Numbered from the stretch's first letter, positions 20,801-26,988 are shown. The stretch: 64,000 nucleotides of DNA from Chitinophaga pinensis (GCA_943373175.1 CALSBM010000002.1:20260-84259), one strand, 5' to 3'. The notes: generated by a model from the sequence alone, not told the origin. A program made the numbers and translations.

Positions 20801-21803
20801 CGTCTCAGGAGCGGTGACCACTTACACCGATACCAATCTGTTCTGCACCACCACATACAGTTATACGATTGTTGCAACACAGCTTGCAGACTCGGCTCGT
20901 TCATGGTCTAACTTCAGCAACGTTCGTCCCTTCGATACTAGAGCACCGCAGCCTGCCGAGATTATCAGTGTAAGCGTAGATTCTGCCAACAACAGCCGTA
21001 TTATTCTTCGTTGGAAACCTTCCCTCAGCTTCGATGTGCAATTCTATCAAATAATGAAACGAGAGAATGGAAGTAACCGAATTTCACCGCTCACCAATGT
21101 ATTCGGAAACATTGACTCTGTATTCGTCGATAGTCTAAGCTTTAACGAAGGACAAAACAGCTTCTGCTACTCTCTTATCGCCTTCGACTTCTGTGGAAAT
21201 ATTGGAGATACTTCCAACCAAGGGTGCAGCATTAATCTAGAAGTCACCATTGACCCTGACCAAGCTGTTGTACAAAATGTCTTGACCTGGAATGCCTACT
21301 CTGAGTTTAAAGCAGGTACAGAACGTTACGAAATACTCCGCTCCTCCGACGGCGGCTTAACATGGAGCAACTTAGCCGCTCTTCCTGCCGGGCCTGCTAT
21401 ACTTTCCTATTCCGACAACCAACTGCCAGACAGTAGTGGGGCTGCTTGTTATGTGATTGTAGCTTTTGAGAATACCGGAGGCTTCGACGCTACTTCCCGT
21501 TCCGATAAAGTATGCGTAATTCAACCTGCTAGAATTCAGATTCCGAATGTGTTTACTGCCAACGATGATAATCTTAACGACACCTTCGGGCCTATCGGAA
21601 CCTTCTTCACTGCCTACAACACCCGCATCTACGATCGTTGGGGCAATGAAGTCTTCCGCTCAACTCCTGATAGACTTCGCTGGGATGGCCGACACCATAA
21701 CGGAGGCCCTCTGGCAGAAGGCAACTATACTTATGTCATTGAAGTTACAGACCTAAATGGAAAAGCTATCCTCCGTGAAGGACGAGTAACCCTCCTCAAA
21801 TAG
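11808..21803 (+). CDS. Giant T9SS type-B cargo (gliding-motility-associated CTD) protein, 3331 aa, with ~15 paired FnIII-like repeats
   Basis: Signal peptide followed by ANHMMGGDMYY. Repeated PFDTxxP units. C-terminal IPNVFTANDDNLNDTF...IYDRWGNEVF...WDG...YTYVI...GRVTLLK type-B CTD. Confidence 0.9.
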   Translation: MIKRLFAGIAVILFSFIGFKATANHMMGGDMYYSYLGLKPGDPTRSLYRLTAVIYRNCNGGGAQLEISYPFGVYNALNNTLIQTVDLNQISFVQLGQYAPGCSYPSSVCIQEGMYEGIIEIPNNLTGNPGFHISMYSWRRNTNINNISTNGGNQSGPDGMIWNCYIPPHSFTNSSPRFLAKPLPYMCVGREFRFNHNGFDPDGDSLVFSFAHPYGSIGVGAGAGGAPAGVVGGVPNSPPPIGLANNPRPPNANPNTTFWFGGVQYLPGYSFPNTQINSLNGMTINPYTGEIAVTPTQAGNFVIAVEVKEYRVDRLNDTTIYLGSIRRDLQFLVGAGCANNFAPVVTNIPDSFVVEAGTPLSFNFLVFDAEGDSVIIDKQGQIFDASGGFQPPYANLPTASGLQVVQGSFSWTPSCSYARVAPYFFSILVRDNQCNATQKTVYVKVTPKDIIKPPSIQCIDVASNNSIKINYSRPPGSITDFQLFRVQRRAFGSSTWTQIDSINNWSTGSYTDNSINNALTQRYEYRMISVNQCKEEGLPSNIVTSITLTGNRYSADRIQLRWTKPTFPVSFIAKIRIQRSVNGGVFNTIDSIPSTDTVYNDKWCTSSVSYRIFYIENTTGCQIGTITPNGYSLFDTVKPNAPGLLVANVLGNGRVEITVSSSDSSDVASYRLLRSINGGPFVLINSVPNNRTSTHVIQDFDSPNGRISTCYRVLATDICGLNSDTTAPHCISQLNASPGQLRINLSWTNYRGRPFSTWRIQKLQSSNWVTLPHVGNVPDSSYIDSVSLICNQLQTYRVKFFANGSDTTTSHSSQIIIAPFDTVRPETPAIYSATVWNATQNRVSFFTVADADVNRYQILASVNNGPYSQVGQILNPQAGLQTFSHTGINTGANTYSYRIQAVDTCSQNRSDSSAIQRPILLSGNPGNLSALLSWTPYVGYTLKRQRIQRLIGTTWTDIGFTDSLATSYRDTGSLACNQPYRYRLLAEKSADTLGTFSNEVVVTPFDTLRPITPNVLMATVNSTSSITYSFLKSSSGDVNRYQVLGSLNNGSWTVISTINPPFTDTLSFTQTGINTRTNTYRYRVIALDSCANNRSDSSLIHIPVRLSGSAGQLRATLTWPLYQGFNIDSQIVQKLSGTSWLPLAVVSGIATNYVDSVNLPCNVSQSYRIVSVSSKGLGSLSNEIAVIPFDTIPPDAAQVLNVSVPSNGIIQVEWKASPSVDVNRHRLWNSVNGSPATNSIDTIVRGGNPGIFLSQYNANTTLNNCVFVNAVDSCSNLNSPNSPSFCAVTLTGSPGNLRSNLSWTAFVGYNLSSYQIERQNPGSSVWNNVASVSATSLSYTDSINTPCNNTFTYRITALENGGARTSLSNIINITPFDTVRPNAPSINQISVYSSGSIRLDFNASNSVDVDRHLVYRSSGGAFQLIDTLRQQGNGANVIWYDSTASTSSPISYCYYLVALDSCQNNASAPSDTDCTVRLTATGNSCTKVVNLTWTGYQGWNSGISRYEIYRSDNNGPYILQAQVTGSTTAFSQASLPLGVSFCYQIIAVQTGTGANSASNFFCLTLGPPSPPVISSASVSQTGLSNGEVVLNWRIPSGQQANFLTLYYASGRSGPMTMLQTNIQPTQTSFVHQNLNTKTEVHRYYLTLTDSCTNTSAPSDTNRTIDFSIQGGQVVHRMNWTPYLGWPVQRYRIHRFDPSGLVVVDSVPGTDTVYNAFPAPCNRDVSYKVEAIGPLGQSSFSDTAQTRAVDILPPNAPTFQNATVLNDNRVQLNFITADSLDIFAYSVRRSVNGGNYSHVNFVAHPGPGQSLTYLDTVNTLNDQLCYVVVTLDSCLNATSSDTFCVVQLKAESQQLQNRISWSAFRGYNISSQILESWNGTNWSTLATLPSADTQYFHTPLPCSVTERYRITLNEAGGTRITLSDTAWATPFDTVKPAKPVILWASIRTNTTALLKWQPNTESDLAGYRIYYRSSGNPWAFFTQTGKIDSVQINGLNTLDSTYSFAIAAFDTCGGNRSDTAQFHSTVQLRGTAGNLSNSLNWTPYEGFSGVNKYYIERLTGTTWTTLDSVNGLTNLYIHANLPCNQPVIYRIKTLSNDGFISLSDTLRRIPFDTIPPVAPVIRNLTALNNSSLVVNWDPADLQVGTHEIFLKSINGSWSLVATVGNVGTHTLSGLNTLDSSYCVRIQALDTCAFNRSAFSQEHCSMQLNGVAGNQSNTLNWSPYTGFQNWKYYIEQPGGSDWNVIDSVASGIQTFTHQPLACNVTQTYRIRATNLITGFSAVSDTLMRTPFDTVKPNRAVLQSVSVTGPNTIQVSWQAGPSPDVNRYEVWRSVSGGAFSLITTVTNQTSYTDNVPSATQGQRYQYQIIAIDSCNSANRSDPSLSHLTMNLSSRTGACSPAVILNWTAYPYFPGGLANYQVLRSQNNGPFAPIATISANDTFFTDNGVNVTSAYCYRIQANSLVGTLNAVSDSTCIAPAVFATTAAKPMVYSSVIATGTTTGTAYVAWTPYNPVVDTLARGYRLYHSTVSVNGPWNLIATFNQVTPTSFNHTNVNTRTGRNFYTVRVIDSCGFEGDSAAAHSPTLLQVNNGNLRTNLFWTRYVGSTPSSFALQKSVNGGPYFVIPGLLPTDTSFTDTLIRCGQTYSYLIQQTITDASGGTNISLSDTVQVIGRDTIAPDVPVLFEASVTRTDAVLGEITLQYLGSSQDNLNGFRIYRSANNGPFSFTFVANTGTGPFSYTDQNLNTSDNTYRYFVTSTDSCSNESDSSEIHVSTNLTVVAVNGANALSWTPYAGFQTLEYKIERKTAGTAWASLGNFPSTQITYDDSLVLCDTVYYYRVTALNITPVVPPTQAFAYSDTASAKAFESIPPLAPAIHQATVEQTSTTRGAVRVNWLPSVSRDAMRYIVSRSTSGGTFIQVADLGLVTTWLDTVLNTVQETYTYRIEVIDSCFNRSVSPSVDHTTIVLNTAPSNESAILNWTPYAGWTVNEYEIWRDNVKVGSVSGAVTTYTDTNLFCTTTYSYTIVATQLADSARSWSNFSNVRPFDTRAPQPAEIISVSVDSANNSRIILRWKPSLSFDVQFYQIMKRENGSNRISPLTNVFGNIDSVFVDSLSFNEGQNSFCYSLIAFDFCGNIGDTSNQGCSINLEVTIDPDQAVVQNVLTWNAYSEFKAGTERYEILRSSDGGLTWSNLAALPAGPAILSYSDNQLPDSSGAACYVIVAFENTGGFDATSRSDKVCVIQPARIQIPNVFTANDDNLNDTFGPIGTFFTAYNTRIYDRWGNEVFRSTPDRLRWDGRHHNGGPLAEGNYTYVIEVTDLNGKAILREGRVTLLK

Positions 21804-21827
21804 CATTCGTAAGTTTCAAAACTTTCC

Positions 21828-21860
21828 AAACGGGCTACTGTTAGTAGCCCGTTTTGTTTT
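21828..21860 (+). terminator. Intrinsic terminator after the T9SS operon
   Basis: AAACGGGCTACT-GTT-AGTAGCCCGTTT followed by TGTTTT. Confidence 0.85.
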
Positions 21861-21901
21861 CAGTTAGTTGCGGCCAGAGTTCTCTGCCTGTTTGATAAAC
21901 G

Positions 21902-21909
21902 TAAATTTG
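21902..21909 (+). promoter_or_regulatory. Candidate Bacteroidota sigma70 -7 element (TAAATTTG)
   Basis: Matches TAnnTTTG. It lies ahead of a structured-looking region and dnaE2. No clear -33 element. Confidence 0.4.
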
Positions 21910-22115
21910 AAAGAAAGAATCCTTCGACTGTACTGAAGACATTGGGGGAGCTAGCATCCGAAGGTTGAGTGCTTCACCAAAGTTTAAGCATACAAAAACA
22001 GTAGCTCCTCTCTGCTTAATGCCAATGAAATAAGTTGAGTGCTTCTTTCTCGCTCACTTGTTAAACCCGTCCAAATTGCCAATATTGTAATCGACATTTT
22101 GTCAACGATATTGAC

Positions 22116-25070
22116 ATGCTATTCCCTTGTTTCTCATGGTTCAGCCTTAACTTTGGCACGCTCTCCGTAGAGCGCCTGCTCGAAGAGGCCTCCCGGCGCG
22201 GCTACCGAAGGCTGGCACTGGCAGACCTCAACAACACCTCGGGCATTCCCGACTTTTTACGGCTGGCGCCTAAGTACGGCATTCAACCTGCGGTTGGTGT
22301 AACCTTCGCTGAAGGCAGCCAACTGCGTTACGTGGCCTTAGCACAGGATGCCGAAGCTTATGCTGAAATCAACCGACATCTGTCGCAGCAACTCAAAACT
22401 GGCACTATGCCGCGACGGCGAGCCGAAGGCCTGCATCATGCTCGCGTTGTGTATCCCACAGGCAGCTACGGCGGCTGGCGGTTAAGGCCCAATGAGTTTG
22501 TGGGTGTTAACCTCGAAGAACTCCGCCACTGGCAAATCAGGCGTAAAGGCCTTCCCGAAGACAGTCTCGTGTTTGCTCACCCTGTTGTAGGCCTCGGCCC
22601 TTCTGATTACAACACTCATCGGCTTCTACGCGCTATCGATCAGAACATCCTCTTGAGTCGTCAGCAACCCGGCAGTCTCGCCCCTCGCTCCTGGCTTATG
22701 CCCGAACCGGAACAGCTTCGCGAAGCGGCAGCTAAAGCTCCGGAACTCTTCCGCCGAACCCGCTACCTATTCGATAGCTGCCAACTTAACCTCGGATTTG
22801 GTCAGCCAAAAAACCGCCATCACCTTGGTTCAGATGCCAATTATGACCGCGAACTACTCCGTAAGGAAGCAGAAGTCGGCGCATTTAGCCGCTATGGCCA
22901 TTGCTCCGGCGAAGTACAGCAACGCCTCAACCATGAACTTCAACTCATTGAATCGCTGGGCTTTACCTCCTACTTCCTTATCTGCTGGGATATGCTCTGC
23001 TTTGCACGCAGCAAAGGCTACTTCTACGTCGGGCGAGGGTCTGGAGCTAACAGCATCGTTGCCTATTGCTTGCTTATCACCAACGTGGATCCGCTAGAAC
23101 TCGACCTCTTCTTCGAGCGATTTATCAACCCCAACCGCAGCTCTCCCCCCGACTTCGACATCGACTTCTCCTGGAAAGACCGCGACGATATCCTGCGCTA
23201 CCTATTTGAACGGTATGGAGAGGAACACGTCAGGCTACTCGGAACCTATACCACCTACCAACAGCAGGGCGTTTTGCGTGAGCTGGGTAAAGTATTTGGC
23301 CTGCCACGACAAGAAATCGAAGAGTTGCCACGATGGTTGCATGAACCACCACCTGCCGACAGCACCCTCACCAAAACCCTGATACGCTATGCCAAACGCC
23401 TGCTCGATACTCCGGCACACCTATCTATTCATGCAGGTGGTGTGCTCATTTCTGAAAAACCAATGCATTATTACACCGGCACTTTCTGGCCCCCGAAGGG
23501 ATTCCCGGTGACCCAATTCTCTATGCTTGAGGCCGAAGACCTAGGATTGTACAAATTCGACATCCTCAGCCAACGGGGACTCGGACACATACGGGAAGCC
23601 GTGGACCTGATACGGGAAAACCGGAATGAAGAAGTAGATGTACACGACATCATCGGTTTCAAGCGAGACCCCGCCATTAAGGCCCTCATCCGGGAAGGAC
23701 ATACGCTTGGCTGCTTTTATGTAGAATCGCCGGCTATGCGCATGTTGCTACGAAAACTGCGGGCGGAAGAATATCCTGATTTGGTAGCCGCCAGCTCCAT
23801 CATCCGGCCAGGCGTGGCGCGCTCAGGCATGATGAAGGAGTACATCCTGCGCTTCCGGATGCCTGAACGGCGGCAACTGGCGCACCCCGCACTCATGAAA
23901 CTCCTGCCCGACACCTTCGGCATCATGGTGTATCAAGAAGATGTAATCCGGGTAGCCCATCAATTTGCTGGCATGAGCCTCGCCGATGCCGATGTGCTCC
24001 GTCGGGGTATGTCGGGTAAGTTCCGCTCCCGTGAAGAGTTTGCCAGGGTGCGAGAAATCTTCTTCGAAGGCTGTTGCCGGCAAGGCCATCCGGATGTGCT
24101 CAGTAAAGAAATCTGGTTTCAGATCGAAAGTTTTGCCAGCTATTCCTTCTCCAAAGGCCATTCAGCCTCCTTTGCAGTAGAAAGTTTTCAGAGTCTTTGG
24201 CTGAAAGCGCACTATCCTTTAGAATTCATGACCGCCGTCATCAACAATTTCGGAGGATTCTACCGTACCGAGTATTACGTTCATGAAGCGCGTCGTGCAG
24301 GTGCTCAGGTGGAAGCGCCGTGCGTGAACCATTCAGGATTGCTGTCGCGGCTTGAAGGGCAGATTTTATGGCTGGGGTTCACCCACTTGCAGGGATTCGA
24401 AAGTGCTTCAGTTGAAAAAATGATGGCAGCCAGAATGCGCCACGGCGACTTTCACTCACTAGAAGACTTTCTGGTACGCACCGGATTATCCACCGATCAA
24501 ACAAGGCTTTTAGTTCGAATTGGCGCCTTTCGCTTTACCGGACGGAGTCGCCAAAACCTGCACTGGGAGTTGTTTGGGCTGGCACGTCAGCAGCATTCAC
24601 AGCCAGCAGACATTCCTGTAGCCTTGTTCGAAACACCGGCTGAACAATTTGAACTTCCACCGCTTGACGACACCCCTACTGCACTTGCCTTTGATGAGCT
24701 TGAGCTATTCGGCTTCTCTCTCAGTAGTCCATTCCTTTTGATTCAGCCCGACGCTTTGCAGGACAACGGGATGCGAGCGAAGCAACTGCCGGCAAAAGCT
24801 GGGTTGGCAGTGACTGTTTTTGGCTATCTGGTGACGGTTAAAAGTACTCGAACCATCACGCGGGAAATCATGGGCTTCGGCACCTTCCTCGACATTGAAG
24901 GCGACTGGATTGATACTGTCCACTTTCCGGATACTTACCGCAAGCACCCTTTCCGAGGGAGTGGTTGTTACCGAATTTCAGGGAAAGTGACGGAAGAATT
25001 CGGGTTCTACAGCATTGAAGTGGACTCTATGGAAAAACTCCCTTTAAGAAATAGATGGGATTTGCCATAA
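22116..25070 (+). CDS. dnaE2: DNA polymerase III alpha subunit, DnaE2-type (error-prone)
   Basis: PHP-like N-terminus, VGRGSGANSIVAY, PDFDIDF, HLSIHAGG, KFDILSQRGL, YSFSKGHS and a C-terminal OB fold. At 984 aa it lacks the long C-terminal extension of replicative DnaE. Confidence 0.88.
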   Translation: MLFPCFSWFSLNFGTLSVERLLEEASRRGYRRLALADLNNTSGIPDFLRLAPKYGIQPAVGVTFAEGSQLRYVALAQDAEAYAEINRHLSQQLKTGTMPRRRAEGLHHARVVYPTGSYGGWRLRPNEFVGVNLEELRHWQIRRKGLPEDSLVFAHPVVGLGPSDYNTHRLLRAIDQNILLSRQQPGSLAPRSWLMPEPEQLREAAAKAPELFRRTRYLFDSCQLNLGFGQPKNRHHLGSDANYDRELLRKEAEVGAFSRYGHCSGEVQQRLNHELQLIESLGFTSYFLICWDMLCFARSKGYFYVGRGSGANSIVAYCLLITNVDPLELDLFFERFINPNRSSPPDFDIDFSWKDRDDILRYLFERYGEEHVRLLGTYTTYQQQGVLRELGKVFGLPRQEIEELPRWLHEPPPADSTLTKTLIRYAKRLLDTPAHLSIHAGGVLISEKPMHYYTGTFWPPKGFPVTQFSMLEAEDLGLYKFDILSQRGLGHIREAVDLIRENRNEEVDVHDIIGFKRDPAIKALIREGHTLGCFYVESPAMRMLLRKLRAEEYPDLVAASSIIRPGVARSGMMKEYILRFRMPERRQLAHPALMKLLPDTFGIMVYQEDVIRVAHQFAGMSLADADVLRRGMSGKFRSREEFARVREIFFEGCCRQGHPDVLSKEIWFQIESFASYSFSKGHSASFAVESFQSLWLKAHYPLEFMTAVINNFGGFYRTEYYVHEARRAGAQVEAPCVNHSGLLSRLEGQILWLGFTHLQGFESASVEKMMAARMRHGDFHSLEDFLVRTGLSTDQTRLLVRIGAFRFTGRSRQNLHWELFGLARQQHSQPADIPVALFETPAEQFELPPLDDTPTALAFDELELFGFSLSSPFLLIQPDALQDNGMRAKQLPAKAGLAVTVFGYLVTVKSTRTITREIMGFGTFLDIEGDWIDTVHFPDTYRKHPFRGSGCYRISGKVTEEFGFYSIEVDSMEKLPLRNRWDLP

Positions 25071-25096
25071 GGGTTGCTTGATAAGGTCTGATTACC

Positions 25097-25104
25097 TACC
25101 TTTG
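25097..25104 (+). promoter_or_regulatory. Promoter -7 element for rpsF-rpsR-rplI
   Basis: TACCTTTG(C), with TTG at 25074-25076 lying 20 bp upstream, matching the Bacteroidota -33/-7 layout. Confidence 0.75.
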
Positions 25105-25125
25105 CAGTCCTTTTTAACGCAAATT

Positions 25126-25494
25126 ATGCTTAAACCGTACGAAACCGTATTCATCATGACCCCGGTCCTCACCGAGGAACAAGTGAAAGAAACGGTAGGG
25201 AAGTTTGAACAGGTACTGAAGGAAAACGGTGCCGAAATTGTCTTCCAGAATCACTGGGGACTACGCAAGCTGGCTTATCCCATCCAAAAGAAGACCAGCG
25301 GATTCTATCACCTCATCGAGTTCAAAGGAGATTCGGATTTAATTAGCCGATTTGAAATTGAATTGAAACGCGATGAGCGTATCATGCGCTTTTTAACGGT
25401 AGCTCTCGACAAATATGCCGTGATTTACAATGAAAGCCGACGCAACGGAAAGAAAGAGAAAGTGGAAGTTCCAACGCAAAACGAGGAGAACTAA
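25126..25494 (+). CDS. rpsF: 30S ribosomal protein bS6
   Basis: MLKPYETVFIMTP...WGLRKLAYPIQKK...DERIMRFL. The ATG at 25126 is preferred over the TTG at 25078. Confidence 0.97.
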   Translation: MLKPYETVFIMTPVLTEEQVKETVGKFEQVLKENGAEIVFQNHWGLRKLAYPIQKKTSGFYHLIEFKGDSDLISRFEIELKRDERIMRFLTVALDKYAVIYNESRRNGKKEKVEVPTQNEEN

Positions 25495-25497
25495 AAC

Positions 25498-25755
25498 ATG
25501 ATTAACAATCCATTTGCCGCAATGTCTCCCCGTGAGGAGATTCGTAAGAAGTACTGTCGTTTCAAGAAAAATGGCATCAAGTACATTGACTACAAAGACG
25601 CTGTCTTCTTACTGAAATTTGTAAACGAGCAAGGCAAACTATTGCCACGCCGTATCACCGGAACTTCACTTAAGTATCAGCGCAAAGTATCTCAGGCTGT
25701 TAAGCGTGCGCGCCACCTTGCCCTGATGCCTTATGTTGCAGACGCTCTTAAATAA
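25498..25755 (+). CDS. rpsR: 30S ribosomal protein bS18
   Basis: KKYCRFKK...IDYKD...[17 protein letters not shown]...ARHLALMPY. Confidence 0.97.
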   Translation: MINNPFAAMSPREEIRKKYCRFKKNGIKYIDYKDAVFLLKFVNEQGKLLPRRITGTSLKYQRKVSQAVKRARHLALMPYVADALK

Positions 25756-25775
25756 TAATCGGGAGGACTATCATC

Positions 25776-26219
25776 ATGCAAATCATCCTGAAAGAAGATT
25801 ACAAGGGTCTTGGCTACAAGAACGACGTTGTTAAGGTCAAGAACGGACATGGCCGCAACTTCTTAATTCCAAAAGGCATTGCTGTGATTGCTAATGACAG
25901 CAATCTTAAAATGCGCAATGAAGAAGTTCGTCAGGCAGAATTCAAGCAAGCTAAAGTCAAAGCAGAAGCCGAAGTTATTGCTGAGAAAATCAACTCTATC
26001 ACGCTCAATATCGGTGCTAAAGCCGGTGAGTCTGGAAAGATTTTCGGAGCAGTTACCAACGTTCAGGTTGCTGAGGCACTTGCAGGAAAAGGTATCGCGG
26101 TTGACCGCCGCAAGATTTCCTTCAAAGGCGACATTAAGCACGTAGGCAGCTATGAGGCTGAGGTGGATCTTCACCGTGAAGTGAAAGCAACTCTAAAATT
26201 TGAAGTAGTAGCAGAATAA
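25776..26219 (+). CDS. rplI: 50S ribosomal protein bL9
   Basis: MQIILKED...LG...VKVKNGHGRNFLIPKG...KIFGAVT. Confidence 0.97.
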   Translation: MQIILKEDYKGLGYKNDVVKVKNGHGRNFLIPKGIAVIANDSNLKMRNEEVRQAEFKQAKVKAEAEVIAEKINSITLNIGAKAGESGKIFGAVTNVQVAEALAGKGIAVDRRKISFKGDIKHVGSYEAEVDLHREVKATLKFEVVAE

Positions 26220-26231
26220 TCTACTTCTGAA

Positions 26232-26277
26232 ATTAACTAAAAAAAGCCCACCCCACCGTGGGCTTTTTTTAGTTAAT
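26232..26277. terminator. Bidirectional intrinsic terminator formed by a perfect 20-bp inverted repeat
   Basis: ATTAACTAAAAAAAGCCCAC-CCCACC-GTGGGCTTTTTTTAGTTAAT. Confidence 0.85.
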
Positions 26278-26343
26278 ACCCGGATAGTTTCCTATGAAAA
26301 ACAGGTTCATTACTTACCCGGGAATTTTTCTTATTTTTCGAAA

Positions 26344-26922
26344 GTGGAAGCACTAACCAAAGCTATCAATGCGGGTCGAGATGATCTGGTAGATCAATTG
26401 CTGTTTCAGCACCCAGACTGGGTTCATGCCGAGGACTCATTAGGCACCAGCATGCTGATGCACGCACTGAACGAACGCCAGCCTTGGGTGGCAGGTGTAA
26501 TCATTCGCCACCGCCGCCATTTCAGCCCTTGGGAACTGGTAGCATGCGGTCTTGAAGGTGACTTGCGCCGCCAGCTTGATATAAATCCGGATTGGGTCAA
26601 CCTCTTCAGTCCAGATGGCTATCCGCTTATTGGGATAGCTGCTTGGTTTGGACAGGACGTTACCCTTCGTTTGCTTCTGGAAAGAGGCGCCAACCCCAAT
26701 GCTATCGCAGTAAATCCGGGTAGAATGTCTGCCTTGCATTGTGCAGCAAGTCAAAACCATCAGGAAGTTGCACGGCTGTTACTGTCTTACGGAACCTCGT
26801 TAAGCCACCTTGATCAAAATGGAAAAACTGCTTTTAAGCTGGCAAGTGACCTGGAGCACTATGAGTTTATGGAAGCGTTAAACAACCCTTCTTCGTCGCA
26901 AAATCCAGCCGTTCAGCGATAA
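26344..26922 (+). CDS. Ankyrin repeat protein
   Basis: GYPLIGIAAWFG...LLLERGANPN, SALHCAASQNH...LLLSYG, GKTAF. GTG start. Confidence 0.88.
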   Translation: MEALTKAINAGRDDLVDQLLFQHPDWVHAEDSLGTSMLMHALNERQPWVAGVIIRHRRHFSPWELVACGLEGDLRRQLDINPDWVNLFSPDGYPLIGIAAWFGQDVTLRLLLERGANPNAIAVNPGRMSALHCAASQNHQEVARLLLSYGTSLSHLDQNGKTAFKLASDLEHYEFMEALNNPSSSQNPAVQR

Positions 26923-26958
26923 TTACACTGCTTTTGTGGTAATACGGCCAAGGAAACG

Positions 26959-26966
26959 TACCTTTG
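26959..26966 (+). promoter_or_regulatory. Promoter -7 element for the DEAD-box helicase
   Basis: TACCTTTG(C) located 22 nt before the ATG. Confidence 0.65.
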
Positions 26967-26988
26967 CACACGCACTACAGCGTTCTTA

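Noticed and set aside
228-21803. Diversity-generating retroelement or recent DNA-level tandem repeats in the giant genes
   Set aside because: No reverse transcriptase is present, and the repeated modules I compared differ at synonymous positions throughout.
21933-22063. Hammerhead ribozyme: CUGAAGA core, a stem closing before GAAA, and a good stem III
   Set aside because: There is an extra nucleotide before stem II, and no stem I can form (GACUGUA has no partner after the cleavage position).
21915-22075. Glycine, TPP or c-di-AMP riboswitch (fragments GGAG..CCGAAGG, GGGGAGCU..UGAG, GAAUCC..AACCCGUC)
   Set aside because: Each lacks its other essential conserved segments, and the downstream gene does not fit.
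26282-26292. GGA-N5-TCC SOS-like box before the ankyrin gene
   Set aside because: Only six fixed bases, so many chance hits are expected in 64 kb, and the gene has no repair function.
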